Origin: Candidatus Latescibacterota bacterium
GTDB lineage: Bacteria; Latescibacterota; UBA2968; UBA8231
DNA length: 64,000 nucleotides
Assembly (NCBI GenBank): GCA_965203355.1
Contig: OZ241889.1
Location: forward strand, 3,296,001 to 3,360,000
Direction: 5' to 3'
The stretch's first letter is position 1. Each line of letters starts with the position of its first letter. Both the position numbers and the translations under genes were made by a program. Under the pieces are notes generated by a model. It searched no databases. It had not been told where the DNA came from and saw only the letters and a list, made by a program, of their open reading frames with translations. This document shows positions 1 through 9,494 of the stretch, in pieces.

Positions 1-1113
1 TTGCCCCATCCTGAACGGCTGCTGACCCATGCCCTGCAAAAGGCCGGTTACACCACGGCCCTGGCCGGCCTCCAGCACGTGGTCGCGGACATTAACGACG
101 CCGGCTTCACCCGCCTATTGCCCCAAGAAGCACCCGATGTCCAGACCGAGGACCGGGCCGCGGCCTTCTTAGCCGAAGATCATCGCACCCCGTTCTATTT
201 AGACGTGGGCTTTGGCGAAACCCACCGCCAGCGGCGCGGTTTCGCGCCCCAGCCCCACGACGAGGCCCCCACCGATCCGCGCTATGTGCGTCCAGCCGCG
301 CCTTTCCCGGATACCCCCGAGACGCGCCGCGACATGGCCGCCTACATGGATGCGGCCCGCACCCTCGACGCCAAAATGGGCTGCGTCTTCGCCGCCCTGC
401 AAGACCACGGCCTGGCCGACAATACCCTCGTCATTTGCACCACCGACCACGGCATTGCCTTCCCGACCATGAAGTGCAACCTCACCGACCACGGCCTGGG
501 CGTCATGCTAGTCATGCGCGGCCCAAGCGGCTTTAGCGGCGGCCAAGTACTCGATGCCTTAGTCAGCCAAGTCGATATCTATCCAACGGTCTGCGCCCTA
601 GCCGGCATTGCATCGCCCGATCGCGTACAAGGCACCTCGATCCTGCCCCTGATAAACGGCCAAGCGCACGCAATCCGCCGCGAAATTTTCGCCGAAGTGA
701 ACTACCACACCTACTACGAACCCCAGCGCTGCATCCGCACCGCGCGCTTCAAGTACATCCGCCGCTTTGACGCGCGTCAGTACCCGGTCATGCCCCACTG
801 CGACGACAGCCCGACCAAAGACTATTTTATCGACCAAGGTTGGCGGCAACGCCCGCTAGCGCGCGAACAACTCTACGACTTAGTGTTCGACCCGCACGAA
901 ACCCATAACTTGGCCGCAGACCCCCATTGTCAAGCTCGGCTAGCCGGGCTGCGCCAACGCCTCGACCAATGGATGCAAGACACCGACGATCCCCTAGCCC
1001 ACGGACGCCCCGTAGTGCCGCCCGTTACGGCGGTAGTCAACGATCCCGATGCCCGTTCAGCCTCGGAGCCGCACCACCCGGCCCGCGAATTTTTGGGCAT
1101 TTATCCAGCGTGA
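1..1113 (+). CDS. Sulfatase (sulfamidase/N-sulfoglucosamine sulfohydrolase-like), 5'-truncated by window edge
   Basis: GYTTALAG, TTDHG, GLGVMLVMRGP, DIYPT and EQLYDLVFDPHETHNLA are typical sulfatase motifs; the CxPxR motif would lie upstream of the window. Confidence 0.85.
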   Translation: MPHPERLLTHALQKAGYTTALAGLQHVVADINDAGFTRLLPQEAPDVQTEDRAAAFLAEDHRTPFYLDVGFGETHRQRRGFAPQPHDEAPTDPRYVRPAAPFPDTPETRRDMAAYMDAARTLDAKMGCVFAALQDHGLADNTLVICTTDHGIAFPTMKCNLTDHGLGVMLVMRGPSGFSGGQVLDALVSQVDIYPTVCALAGIASPDRVQGTSILPLINGQAHAIRREIFAEVNYHTYYEPQRCIRTARFKYIRRFDARQYPVMPHCDDSPTKDYFIDQGWRQRPLAREQLYDLVFDPHETHNLAADPHCQARLAGLRQRLDQWMQDTDDPLAHGRPVVPPVTAVVNDPDARSASEPHHPAREFLGIYPA

Positions 1114-1139
1114 ATAACGCAATGAGGAGGTTTGTTCCC

Positions 1140-2387
1140 ATGAGTACATTCAGGAAATTCCACATCGTGCTGCTGGCGACTTTCTTCGCAGCGTGCGGCG
1201 AGGACGAACCGCTCGGCTTTGAGGCCGGGCCGCTCGGCGCGGTCGAGGTAGGCGAGGCCGTGCAGATCCGTTCGTTGTTCTCGCTCACGCACGTGTCCTC
1301 GCTCGGCGCGGCGTTGCGGTACGGCGTCGAGTTGGCCGCGCGCGACTTCGGTGCCATCCACAATCGCGCCATCGACCTCGGCGAGTCGCTGGACAGCATG
1401 TGCTCGCCCGAGGGGGGCCGCGCCGGCGCCGAGCAAATCATCGCCGATCCGCAGGTGATAGGGGTCGTCGGCACATCGTGCTCGGCCGCGGCCGTGGCGG
1501 CCTCACCCGTGATCAGCGAGGCGGGCCTGGTGATAATCTCGCCGTCCAACACCTCGCCTTTGCTCACGTCCGACCTCGCCGGCAACGCCAACCCCAACTA
1601 CCACCCCGGCTATTTCCGCACGGCTAACAACGACCTCTATCAGGCGCGCGCCGTCGCCGACTTCGCCTACGGTGAATTGGGCCTGCGGCGCATGGTGGCC
1701 GTTGACGATGGCGATCCGTACACGACAGCTCTCGTCAGCGCGTTTGGCGATGCCTTCCGCGCCCTCGGCGGCGAGATCGCGGCCACCGCCCGCATCGACA
1801 AGGGCACCATGGACGTGACGCCCGTCCTCGCGGCATTCGCGGAAGCCGCGCCAGACGGCATCTTCTTTCCGCTCTTTGAAGCGGAAGGCACGCTTTTCGC
1901 CGAGGCGGCACCCGCGTTCGACGGGCTGGAGGACGCGGTGCTCATTACCGGCGCGGCCCTCTTCGTATCCGGGTTTCTCGGCACACCGCAGTCCGAGGGC
2001 ATGTACTTCGCCGGGCCAGAGGCGGACCACGGCCCCAATGTCAATGGAGCGACCGGCAAAAATGCGGACGAAGTGCTCGCCGCCTATGAAGCCACGTACG
2101 GCGAGTCGCCTACTTCTCCGTACTGGGCGCATGCGTACGACGCCACCACGGTGCTGCTTAGCACCATCCAATCCGTTGCCGTGGAAAAAGACGGGAAGTT
2201 GTATGTGGACCGCGCCGCCCTGCGCGAGGAGCTCGGGGCGACAGCCGGCTTTCAGGGCCTTATCGGCGCACTCTCCTGCGACGATTTTGGCGACTGCGGC
2301 ACCGGACGCATCAACATCTACCACCACGCGGACGCGCGCGTCACCGATCCGGCACAAGTGCCGGTGGTTTACGAGTTTGCGCCCTGA
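1140..2387 (+). CDS. Branched-chain amino acid-type (LivK-like) substrate-binding lipoprotein, no permease adjacent
   Basis: SD GAGGAGG at 1124-1130 before ATG 1140; lipobox FAAC; GVVGTSCS, ISPSNT, YFRTANND, AYDA motifs. Confidence 0.85.
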   Translation: MSTFRKFHIVLLATFFAACGEDEPLGFEAGPLGAVEVGEAVQIRSLFSLTHVSSLGAALRYGVELAARDFGAIHNRAIDLGESLDSMCSPEGGRAGAEQIIADPQVIGVVGTSCSAAAVAASPVISEAGLVIISPSNTSPLLTSDLAGNANPNYHPGYFRTANNDLYQARAVADFAYGELGLRRMVAVDDGDPYTTALVSAFGDAFRALGGEIAATARIDKGTMDVTPVLAAFAEAAPDGIFFPLFEAEGTLFAEAAPAFDGLEDAVLITGAALFVSGFLGTPQSEGMYFAGPEADHGPNVNGATGKNADEVLAAYEATYGESPTSPYWAHAYDATTVLLSTIQSVAVEKDGKLYVDRAALREELGATAGFQGLIGALSCDDFGDCGTGRINIYHHADARVTDPAQVPVVYEFAP

Positions 2388-2393
2388 TGCGGA

Positions 2394-4358
2394 TCAGTAC
2401 AGGTAGCGATCGGCCACGCATTGGACGATCGCGGCCACGGTCGTCTCCGTCCCTTTGATCGCATCGTGTACCCGGTAGTGCCACGGCTCGCCCCCCAAGC
2501 CAGCGCGCCAATCCCGAATGGCCGCGATGTTGTCTTGTCCGGCCTTTTGCAACTGGTCGAGACGGCCGCGCACCAACGCTTGATTTTCCATATCCGCTAG
2601 GTCGAGCGTGGCCATCTGTTCGGCTACCCAATAGACGCTGCGCGCCAATTCCACATAGGAGCGCACCACCCGCGTCTCGTGGGCCAACTCCGCTTCCCCA
2701 AGGCCCTCGACCAGGGCCAAGGCCCGGTCGCAGACCGCGACTTTGGCGTCGAAGTCCTCAGCCGTGAGATAGTAGCGGAACATCCCCTCGCCCAAATAGG
2801 GACGCTGCCGCTGCCGCACCATCTGTGCGGCCTGGCCCCAAGAATAGCATATCGGGAAATCGGAATCGTACACGTCGAATTCCACCGGCCCCATCAAGGT
2901 GGCCCACGCCGCTACGACCGCTGGCTGGGCATAGCCTTCCCGCCGCGCCCACGCCAAGGCGAATTCCGCCTCATCGCGGCCTTGCGCGTTCCAAGCCCAC
3001 TCGGCCAAAGCGTGAATATTAAAACTGCAAATCTGACGCTCTGGGCCGCCCCACGCCATCATGGCGTACGCCCCACTATAGCCCCGCCGCACCAGTTGGC
3101 CGACGTAATCTCTCATGCGGTGAGCCGAGCGCTGCGGCACCTTGAACTCCGGCGTATCCACCCGGCCATTAGCCGCAACGGGCACGTCGTAACTGGCGAT
3201 CCAGCGTCCCTCGGCCGCATAGTGGTCCAGCAGCGGATTGGCCATTAGGTCGCGGGGCCGATGGAGCACTCTTTCGAGTTGTGTGGCGCAGGCCCGCTCG
3301 ATCTTCACGGCTGGGGGCAACTCGTCCAGCACCCGATAGTTGCGCTCGGTGGTGGTGGTCGATAAAAAGATGCGAATCTGCAAGCTGGGATAGCGCTTTT
3401 GCGCCTGCCGCCAAGCCGCGACAAAAGCCCGCGCCTCCAGCACAAACTGCCCCACCGCACGGCATTCAAGGCAGCCACACTGGCCCGGCCGCTCGCTCAA
3501 CCAGCAGCTTACTTCCCCGGCCCCCTGCTCGGCGATATCCTCCATCCACTCTTGTATGATTTGCACCAACAGCGGCTGCGAAGCGCAGGGCACCCGGTGT
3601 TGATTGCCCGCCTTGTGCGCGAAATAACGCCCGGTCAAAGCCGCGTCGCCCTGGCCGGCCAGTTCGGGATAGGCCCTAAAAAGGCCGCACTCGTGCAGGA
3701 AATTGAGGTGCAGGATATAGGGCAGATAATTGAAAGCCCGCTGCCGCGCCGCGCCGAGCTGCGCTCGGTCGATGGTAGCCCGATTGCGCTGACCGCGTTT
3801 GATGGGATGCAGTTGCGTGGAGGCCATTTTGCCGTAGTTCAGTTTGAGCGTGGCCAGCCACGGGATCCAAGTCGCCGGCTCGGGAAAATTCCACAGGCCC
3901 CGCTCGGCCATATCGGGCCAGTCGAGCACCTCGGCCAAGGGGATGTGTACCTGCTCTCGGCTCATTTCGGGTTCGAGCAATTGGATCAGGGTTTGGCAGG
4001 CGTAGTACACGCCGCACTCGTCTAATCCCGTCAGCACCAGACCCGCTCGGCCCCGTGGCTCAATGAGGTACGCTTGGGCCTTGTTCTTCAAGTGCTGTAG
4101 CCGCTCAATGGCCGCGCTGTTTGCCGGGGCCACGCCCAGGTCAATGGTAAAGGAGCCGCCATTGGGCTTTGCTTTTCCCTTTTCAATGAACAGGGCGGCC
4201 AACTCGGCCGCACCTTGCCGCTCAATCGGCCCGGCTTGCTCTCGCAGCGCAATGCCCACTTCGCCCGGCCGACAGCGCACGCTGTCGGCAATGCGAATCT
4301 CGTGCGGCCGGGGCAGCAGATAAGACGTCCACAAGGGCGTTGGGTCAGCGGTGGTCAT
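2394..4358 (-). CDS. Hypothetical protein with N-terminal GH20 domain-2-like fold
   Basis: LLPRP...QAYLI...GVYYACQTLIQL...DWPDMAERG pattern of hexosaminidase domain 2; the remainder is unassigned. Confidence 0.6.
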   Translation of the reverse strand: MTTADPTPLWTSYLLPRPHEIRIADSVRCRPGEVGIALREQAGPIERQGAAELAALFIEKGKAKPNGGSFTIDLGVAPANSAAIERLQHLKNKAQAYLIEPRGRAGLVLTGLDECGVYYACQTLIQLLEPEMSREQVHIPLAEVLDWPDMAERGLWNFPEPATWIPWLATLKLNYGKMASTQLHPIKRGQRNRATIDRAQLGAARQRAFNYLPYILHLNFLHECGLFRAYPELAGQGDAALTGRYFAHKAGNQHRVPCASQPLLVQIIQEWMEDIAEQGAGEVSCWLSERPGQCGCLECRAVGQFVLEARAFVAAWRQAQKRYPSLQIRIFLSTTTTERNYRVLDELPPAVKIERACATQLERVLHRPRDLMANPLLDHYAAEGRWIASYDVPVAANGRVDTPEFKVPQRSAHRMRDYVGQLVRRGYSGAYAMMAWGGPERQICSFNIHALAEWAWNAQGRDEAEFALAWARREGYAQPAVVAAWATLMGPVEFDVYDSDFPICYSWGQAAQMVRQRQRPYLGEGMFRYYLTAEDFDAKVAVCDRALALVEGLGEAELAHETRVVRSYVELARSVYWVAEQMATLDLADMENQALVRGRLDQLQKAGQDNIAAIRDWRAGLGGEPWHYRVHDAIKGTETTVAAIVQCVADRYLY

Positions 4359-4391
4359 CTTTAGGCTCCTCTATTGACTATGACTCTGTAA

Positions 4392-5474
4392 CTATAGCCC
4401 ATAATTCTTCGCGGTCGCACCGCATATCTGCCCGATGGCGTCGCGCTCGGCCGGGCTGAACGATGCTTCGTATTGCGGCTGATACGCGACCTGCTCGGCC
4501 CAACGCTCCACCCAAGCCTCTCCAGCATCCAAGTTGCAAAACGCCAGCAGGTCCGCAATGTTCGGCGCGGCGGCCGCGCACAAGTGCTCAAACGGCACCA
4601 CCAAACAGCGCGTCTTGAGTGCGTCTTGCTGTAGTACCTCCTCGTAGGTCCAAGCGTATATCGCATTCCAGTATTCAGCCCAACCCTCGACATCGCGCCC
4701 GGCGTCCCACAGCGTTTGGATGTGCTGCGTTTTTGCCGAGTCAATGTTGATGGGGAGGCGCTCGCAGCCAAACTCAAAGTGGCCGGCGTTGCGCAGGTAC
4801 TGGCGGTGAGCCGACGATGAGAAGTGGTCCAAGTTGCGCTGGTGCTGGCGCATCATGGACGCGATGTGCGCGGCTGGCTGGCGCACCGCAATGACGAAGC
4901 GCGCCCCTTCGTACAGCTTGGCCAGATACGCGATCCGCGTGATATTGTAGTTGTTTTTGGAGACGATGCGCTCGGCCTGGCGGCCCAGCAGCAGCTTCGC
5001 CAAGGTCGCGGTGTAAAAAGCCTCAAACTCCGGGTGACTGAACCACCTTTCGAGCGCATTGTTTATTATCGGGTGGTGCAGGAAATCGAAAAACTGCATC
5101 CACAGAATTTCTTCCATGGCCTCGGGACTGTATGCGTTGACCAGCACGCCGTCGGCATGAGCACGCTCTTGTTTGTGCGCCGCGCCCAGTCCGGCGGCGC
5201 GGAAGAGGCGGTCGGCCCAAAACGGCGTGAACGCCCCGTAGTAATCGCAGTATTTGAACGAGGTCAGGCGCGGGTGGGACGCCAGTATGTTCAGCAGCAG
5301 CGTCGTGCCGGCCCGCGCCAAGCCCGCGATGTAAATGGGGTCGTGTACCGCCTTGAGCCGCCCTTTGAGCAGCCGCGTCTCCAGCTTGCCCACGTCAATC
5401 CAAAAGTTCGGATGCCCATGCACCAGCCAGCCGCAAAAACGCATCAGCCGCGTTTGATTAAAATTCGTTTCCAT
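4392..5474 (-). CDS. PAPS-dependent sulfotransferase family protein
   Basis: PIYIAGLARAGTTLL 5'-PSB loop, SKNN, VRQPAAHIASM 3'-PB motif, FEHLC. Confidence 0.85.
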   Translation of the reverse strand: METNFNQTRLMRFCGWLVHGHPNFWIDVGKLETRLLKGRLKAVHDPIYIAGLARAGTTLLLNILASHPRLTSFKYCDYYGAFTPFWADRLFRAAGLGAAHKQERAHADGVLVNAYSPEAMEEILWMQFFDFLHHPIINNALERWFSHPEFEAFYTATLAKLLLGRQAERIVSKNNYNITRIAYLAKLYEGARFVIAVRQPAAHIASMMRQHQRNLDHFSSSAHRQYLRNAGHFEFGCERLPINIDSAKTQHIQTLWDAGRDVEGWAEYWNAIYAWTYEEVLQQDALKTRCLVVPFEHLCAAAAPNIADLLAFCNLDAGEAWVERWAEQVAYQPQYEASFSPAERDAIGQICGATAKNYGL

Positions 5475-5542
5475 GACAGTTTAGCAATAAGAAACAACAG
5501 ACGAATACAGGCGCAATGCCCAGCCGCAAAGGAATCATCCCC

Positions 5543-7057
5543 ATGGCACTAGACGATCTAAAAGAAACCATCGCAACGCTTCAGGCGCGCATTCGGGCGC
5601 ATCATGCCTATTTGACCGGCTACGAAACGCGGACGCGGCAGGCACTTATCGATCCGCTCCTGCGCGCTTTAGGCTGGGATGTCGAAGACCCCGATTCAGT
5701 CAAACTCGAATACGGAATCAAGCGAAAGTGGGCTGACTACGCGCTGATGAAAAGCGAGAAACCAATCGCTGTGATCGAGGCCAAGGCGCTAGGGAAGGCA
5801 CTGCAATACGACGAGAAAATGCAGGCACTCAACTACGCGAACATGGAGGGCATTGACTACATGGCCGTCACCAACGGCGACCATTGGCAGCTATTCGACG
5901 TGTTTGCGAGAGGTCCGCTCGACGAGCGCATTCTGATGAAATTCCAATTGGCGCAAGACGAGCCGTATGCTTGCGCGTTGCAGGCTTTAGCGCTATGGCG
6001 ACCGAATTTGGCGAGCGGCAAGCTGAAGGAAGCGGCGACACCCGTAACGATAAAATCCGCGCCCGAAGAATCAACGCCAGCACCAAGCAGCCCACAGCAG
6101 ACCGCCACCGTCCGCGTCAACACCACTAATTTGGCGAGTGGCAATCTGGCAGCGGCGATACCAGAATCAAGCAGCCCACAGCAGACCAGTGGCGAGTGGC
6201 AGGCACTTACTGAGTTGCAAGTAACAAGAGGACAGCGAGCACCAACATTCGTCCAGTTTCCAAATTCAAGTCCAAAACCACTCGGTTCTTGGGTCGATCT
6301 GTGGGTACGTGTTGCCGAGTATTTGGTGGAAACGGGCAAAATTTCAGAACGGAATTGCCCAATAAAAACGGAGCGATCAAAATCCAAATACCTTTTACAC
6401 ACGGAGCCGAAACACGCAAACGGCAGGGAGTTCATGAGCAAACGAAAAGTCGATAATCTATGGTTAGATACTTTTGTCGGCTCAACCAGCACTTGGCGAA
6501 AATCACGCTGGCTCCTCAAAAAATTCAGCGTCGACCCCGCCACCGTCTTCGTCAGCACCACTAATTTGGCGAGTGGCAATCTGGCAGCGGCGATACCTGT
6601 AACGATAAAATCCGCGCCCGAAGAATCGACGCCAGCACCAATCAGCCCACAGCAGAGCAGCGACGGTTGGCAGGCACTTACTGAGTTCCACGTCGAAAAA
6701 GGGCAGCGAGCACCAGCATCCATCCAGTTTCCAAATTCAACTCCAAAACCGCTCAGTTCTTGGGTCGATCTGTGGGCAAGTGTTGCCGAGTATTTGGTGG
6801 AAACGGACAAAATCTCAGAACGGGATTGTCCAATAAAAATGGAGCGACCAAAATCCTACTACCTTTTACACACGGAGCCGAAACACCCAAACGGCAAGCC
6901 GTTTTATACCAAACGAAAAATCGGGAATCTATTATGGTCGGATGGCTATTTTAATAATAGCAACTACCCAGAGGCAGCTACGGAACGCTCACGCTGGCTG
7001 CTCGAAAAGTTCGGCGTCGACCCCGCCACCGTCCGCGTCAACACCAACCAAAGCTAG
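5543..7057 (+). CDS. HsdR-N-like PD-(D/E)xK nuclease with duplicated C-terminal domain
   Basis: ETRTRQALIDPLLRALGWD, ADYAL, VIEAK, QALNYA, VTNGDHW; two ~130-aa repeats follow; no helicase domain. Confidence 0.75.
   Translation: MALDDLKETIATLQARIRAHHAYLTGYETRTRQALIDPLLRALGWDVEDPDSVKLEYGIKRKWADYALMKSEKPIAVIEAKALGKALQYDEKMQALNYANMEGIDYMAVTNGDHWQLFDVFARGPLDERILMKFQLAQDEPYACALQALALWRPNLASGKLKEAATPVTIKSAPEESTPAPSSPQQTATVRVNTTNLASGNLAAAIPESSSPQQTSGEWQALTELQVTRGQRAPTFVQFPNSSPKPLGSWVDLWVRVAEYLVETGKISERNCPIKTERSKSKYLLHTEPKHANGREFMSKRKVDNLWLDTFVGSTSTWRKSRWLLKKFSVDPATVFVSTTNLASGNLAAAIPVTIKSAPEESTPAPISPQQSSDGWQALTEFHVEKGQRAPASIQFPNSTPKPLSSWVDLWASVAEYLVETDKISERDCPIKMERPKSYYLLHTEPKHPNGKPFYTKRKIGNLLWSDGYFNNSNYPEAATERSRWLLEKFGVDPATVRVNTNQS
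6121..7045 (+). repeat. Intragenic tandem duplication (~6121-6556 and ~6557-7045)
   Basis: caccactaatttggcgagtggcaatctggcagcggcgata at 6121 and 6557; tggcaggcacttactgagtt, tgggtcgatctgtggg and cgtcgaccccgccaccgtc are each present twice. Confidence 0.9.
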
Positions 7058-7079
7058 CCCATGTCCTCCCGTCCCTGAT

Positions 7080-7201
7080 AGTGGCCGGTGGCCAGTGGTC
7101 AGTGGCCTGTCCCGACCCGGCCCTGATAGAGCGGGGAAACTAACCACTGACCACTGACCACTAACCACTGACCACTAACCACTGACCACTGACCCCTGAC
7201 C
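7080..7201. repeat. Inverted heptamer tandem arrays: 4x RGTGGYC facing 9x ACTRACC
   Basis: 7080-7107 agtggcc-ggtggcc-agtggtc-agtggcc; 7139-7201 nine ACT(A/G)ACC units (last one cctgacc); the arms are reverse-complementary. Confidence 0.9.
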
Positions 7202-7204
7202 CCC

Positions 7205-8530
7205 ATGCCGTCTTTCCTCCACAAAACCTACATCGCCACCCTCATCTGCTGCCTCCTATTCCTCGCGTACATCACCGGCGTAGTGTCGGCGATCTTCCAC
7301 CTCGCTCCCGCTCCCGACATCCGCATCCACGCCGTCAACGCCTACGGCCACCTCGCCTATCTCTACGAAGACCTCACCGACACCAAAAACCAATTCACCA
7401 GCACCATGTGGTTTGAAGACGCCAGCGAGCTATCCGGGGCCATCATCCACAACGCCGCCGCCATGCAGCCCGGGCTGACGCTCGTCTCCAAAAACGCCAC
7501 CGCGGCCGTGCTCATGGACTCGCTCGGCAACGTGGTCCACCAGTGGCAATGCGACTTTGCTGAAGCCTTTGACGAAGACGACTTCGCCGCCTTCCCACAG
7601 CAACCCGACATGTTGCACTGGCACCGCACGCATCTGTATCCCAACGGCGACCTCCTGGCCAACCACGACTACGTCGATCACTACCCTTACGGCTACGGCC
7701 TCGTCAAACTCGACAAAAACTCACAGGTCATCTGGAAATACACCGGCACGGCCCACCACGACTTCGACTTGGACGATCAAGGCAACATCTACACCCTCGT
7801 CCAAGAAATCGGCACCGCGCCCATCGGCGACATCCAACCCCCATACATCGAAGATTTTGCCGTGGTCATCGACGGCGTAACCGGCCAAGAGAAGCGGCGC
7901 TTTTCCCTTTTCCGCGCCCTGCAAAACTCGCCGTATCGCAGCGTATTCGACCGCTGGCAAACCACCCGCCACAGCGAAGTCACCCACACCAACGCCATTC
8001 GCGTCATCCCGCCCGATTGGGCCGCAGCCGCTCACATCCCGCGCGTCAAAGCTGGCGACCTGCTCATCTCCTTGCGCAACCCCAACGCCCTCATCATCGT
8101 CGATCCCACCGAGCAACAAGTGATTTGGTACGGGGAAGGAATCTGGAAACAGCAGCACGACCCAGACCTGCTGCCCAACGGCCTCGTCCTGCTCTTCGAC
8201 AACCAAGGCTTGCGCGGCCACCCCTTCGGCCAAAGCCGCGTCCTCGAAATCGATCTATTTACGCACGAAGTGTACTGGGAGTACAAGGGCACCAGCGCCG
8301 ATCAGACTTTTGACAGTTGGATCCGCGGCGCCCAACAGCGGCTACCCAACGGCAACACCCTCATCACAGAATCGCAACGCGGCCGCTTGCTCGAAGTCAC
8401 GCCAGCCGGCGAAATCGCGTGGGAATACTACAACCCGGACCGCGCCGAATATCAAGGCAAACCCCTGCGCGGCATGATGACCCAAGCCCAGAGGATCCCC
8501 CCAGATGCCCTGTCCTTTCTCGAAAATTAG
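7205..8530 (+). CDS. Arylsulfotransferase (ASST) family beta-propeller, membrane-anchored
   Basis: AHHDFD, THTNAI, LISLRN, QQHDP, LFDN, GAQQRLPNGNTLITES motifs; N-terminal TM segment. Confidence 0.8.
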   Translation: MPSFLHKTYIATLICCLLFLAYITGVVSAIFHLAPAPDIRIHAVNAYGHLAYLYEDLTDTKNQFTSTMWFEDASELSGAIIHNAAAMQPGLTLVSKNATAAVLMDSLGNVVHQWQCDFAEAFDEDDFAAFPQQPDMLHWHRTHLYPNGDLLANHDYVDHYPYGYGLVKLDKNSQVIWKYTGTAHHDFDLDDQGNIYTLVQEIGTAPIGDIQPPYIEDFAVVIDGVTGQEKRRFSLFRALQNSPYRSVFDRWQTTRHSEVTHTNAIRVIPPDWAAAAHIPRVKAGDLLISLRNPNALIIVDPTEQQVIWYGEGIWKQQHDPDLLPNGLVLLFDNQGLRGHPFGQSRVLEIDLFTHEVYWEYKGTSADQTFDSWIRGAQQRLPNGNTLITESQRGRLLEVTPAGEIAWEYYNPDRAEYQGKPLRGMMTQAQRIPPDALSFLEN

Positions 8531-8732
8531 CCTCGTCGGCGCACTCTTGCTTTTGTGGAGCAGCACCGCCCACGCCTACATCGGCCCCATTATCATCATC
8601 GGTGCCATCGGCAGCATGTTCGGCTGGGTCGCCGCGGTGATCCTGGCGGCCGCGCTCGTCGCCTCGTACCCCTTTTACGTGCTGTACCGTCGCAAAAATA
8701 AACGCCGACAAAGCAAGGAAGATATATCCTAG
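8505..8732 (+). CDS. Small membrane protein with AHA-YIGP motif
   Basis: Signal-like N-terminus ending AHA, then YIGP, one TM helix and a basic tail; overlaps the ASST stop. Confidence 0.6.
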   Translation: MPCPFSKISLVGALLLLWSSTAHAYIGPIIIIGAIGSMFGWVAAVILAAALVASYPFYVLYRRKNKRRQSKEDIS

Positions 8733-9451
8733 CGCCCGTGCTCCCGTAGCAGCCGCATCCCGTGCGCCAACGCGCCAGGCGTATCCACATCCTGCCACCA
8801 AGCCGCGCCAATATCCCAAGCGCGCAACCGGCCTTGCGCTATCAGGGCCCGCATCCCATCGGTCAAGCTGCAATCGCCGCGCCGCGCCTTTACCTCGCTG
8901 AGCCGTGCCACCAGCGCGTTGCTGCAAGCAAACAGTCCGGTATCAACGGCGTTGAAATCCGTCAGTTCCTTGCCAATCGCCGCAATGCGTTGGCCGGCTA
9001 ATCGCACCTTAGTCGCATCGTCCATGTCGTAAATCGCCGCCAATTTGCGGTCCACGGCCAACACCACCTCGCCGGGGCTTGGACGCACGCGCCGCATGGC
9101 CGCGATCAGCGCCGGATCGAAGAGATGATCGGCCATGAGTAGCATGAATTGATCGGCCAGCATCTCGGTCGCCGCCAACACTGAAATCCCATTGGCTAGC
9201 CGCCATTGCGCATTCTCGACAAACCGCAGCCCGACTCCCAAACCACGCGCCCGGTTCAACGCCGCACACACGTCCGCGCCGCAATGCCCAGTGACCACGA
9301 CAATCTCCTTTAGACCGCTCTGCTCCAGCATCCGGCAGGTGCGCACCAACAGAGGCTCACCGGCTATTTGCACTAGCGCTTTGTGCGTTACCGGGACGTG
9401 ATCGCGCAAACGCGAGCCATGCCCGGCCGCCAAAATGAGCGCTTGATCCAT
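8729..9451 (-). CDS. NTP transferase (phosphocholine/inositol-1-phosphate cytidylyltransferase-like)
   Basis: LILAAGHGSRL, NGISV, MADH, DDATKV, AVDTGLF, WQDVDT; SD GAGGAG before ATG 9451. Confidence 0.85.
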   Translation of the reverse strand: MDQALILAAGHGSRLRDHVPVTHKALVQIAGEPLLVRTCRMLEQSGLKEIVVVTGHCGADVCAALNRARGLGVGLRFVENAQWRLANGISVLAATEMLADQFMLLMADHLFDPALIAAMRRVRPSPGEVVLAVDRKLAAIYDMDDATKVRLAGQRIAAIGKELTDFNAVDTGLFACSNALVARLSEVKARRGDCSLTDGMRALIAQGRLRAWDIGAAWWQDVDTPGALAHGMRLLREHGR

Positions 9452-9494
9452 CACAAAATCTCTCCTCAAGGGCGCCCGAGGAACGCCCTTACAA

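Noticed and set aside
6121-7045. DGR template/variable repeat pair
   Set aside because: Differences are not confined to adenines, both copies lie in one ORF and no reverse transcriptase is present
7080-7201. CRISPR array
   Set aside because: 7-bp tandem units without spacers; no cas genes
9468-9490. Terminator (AAGGGCG...CGCCCTT)
   Set aside because: Short stem without a U-tract, between co-directional genes
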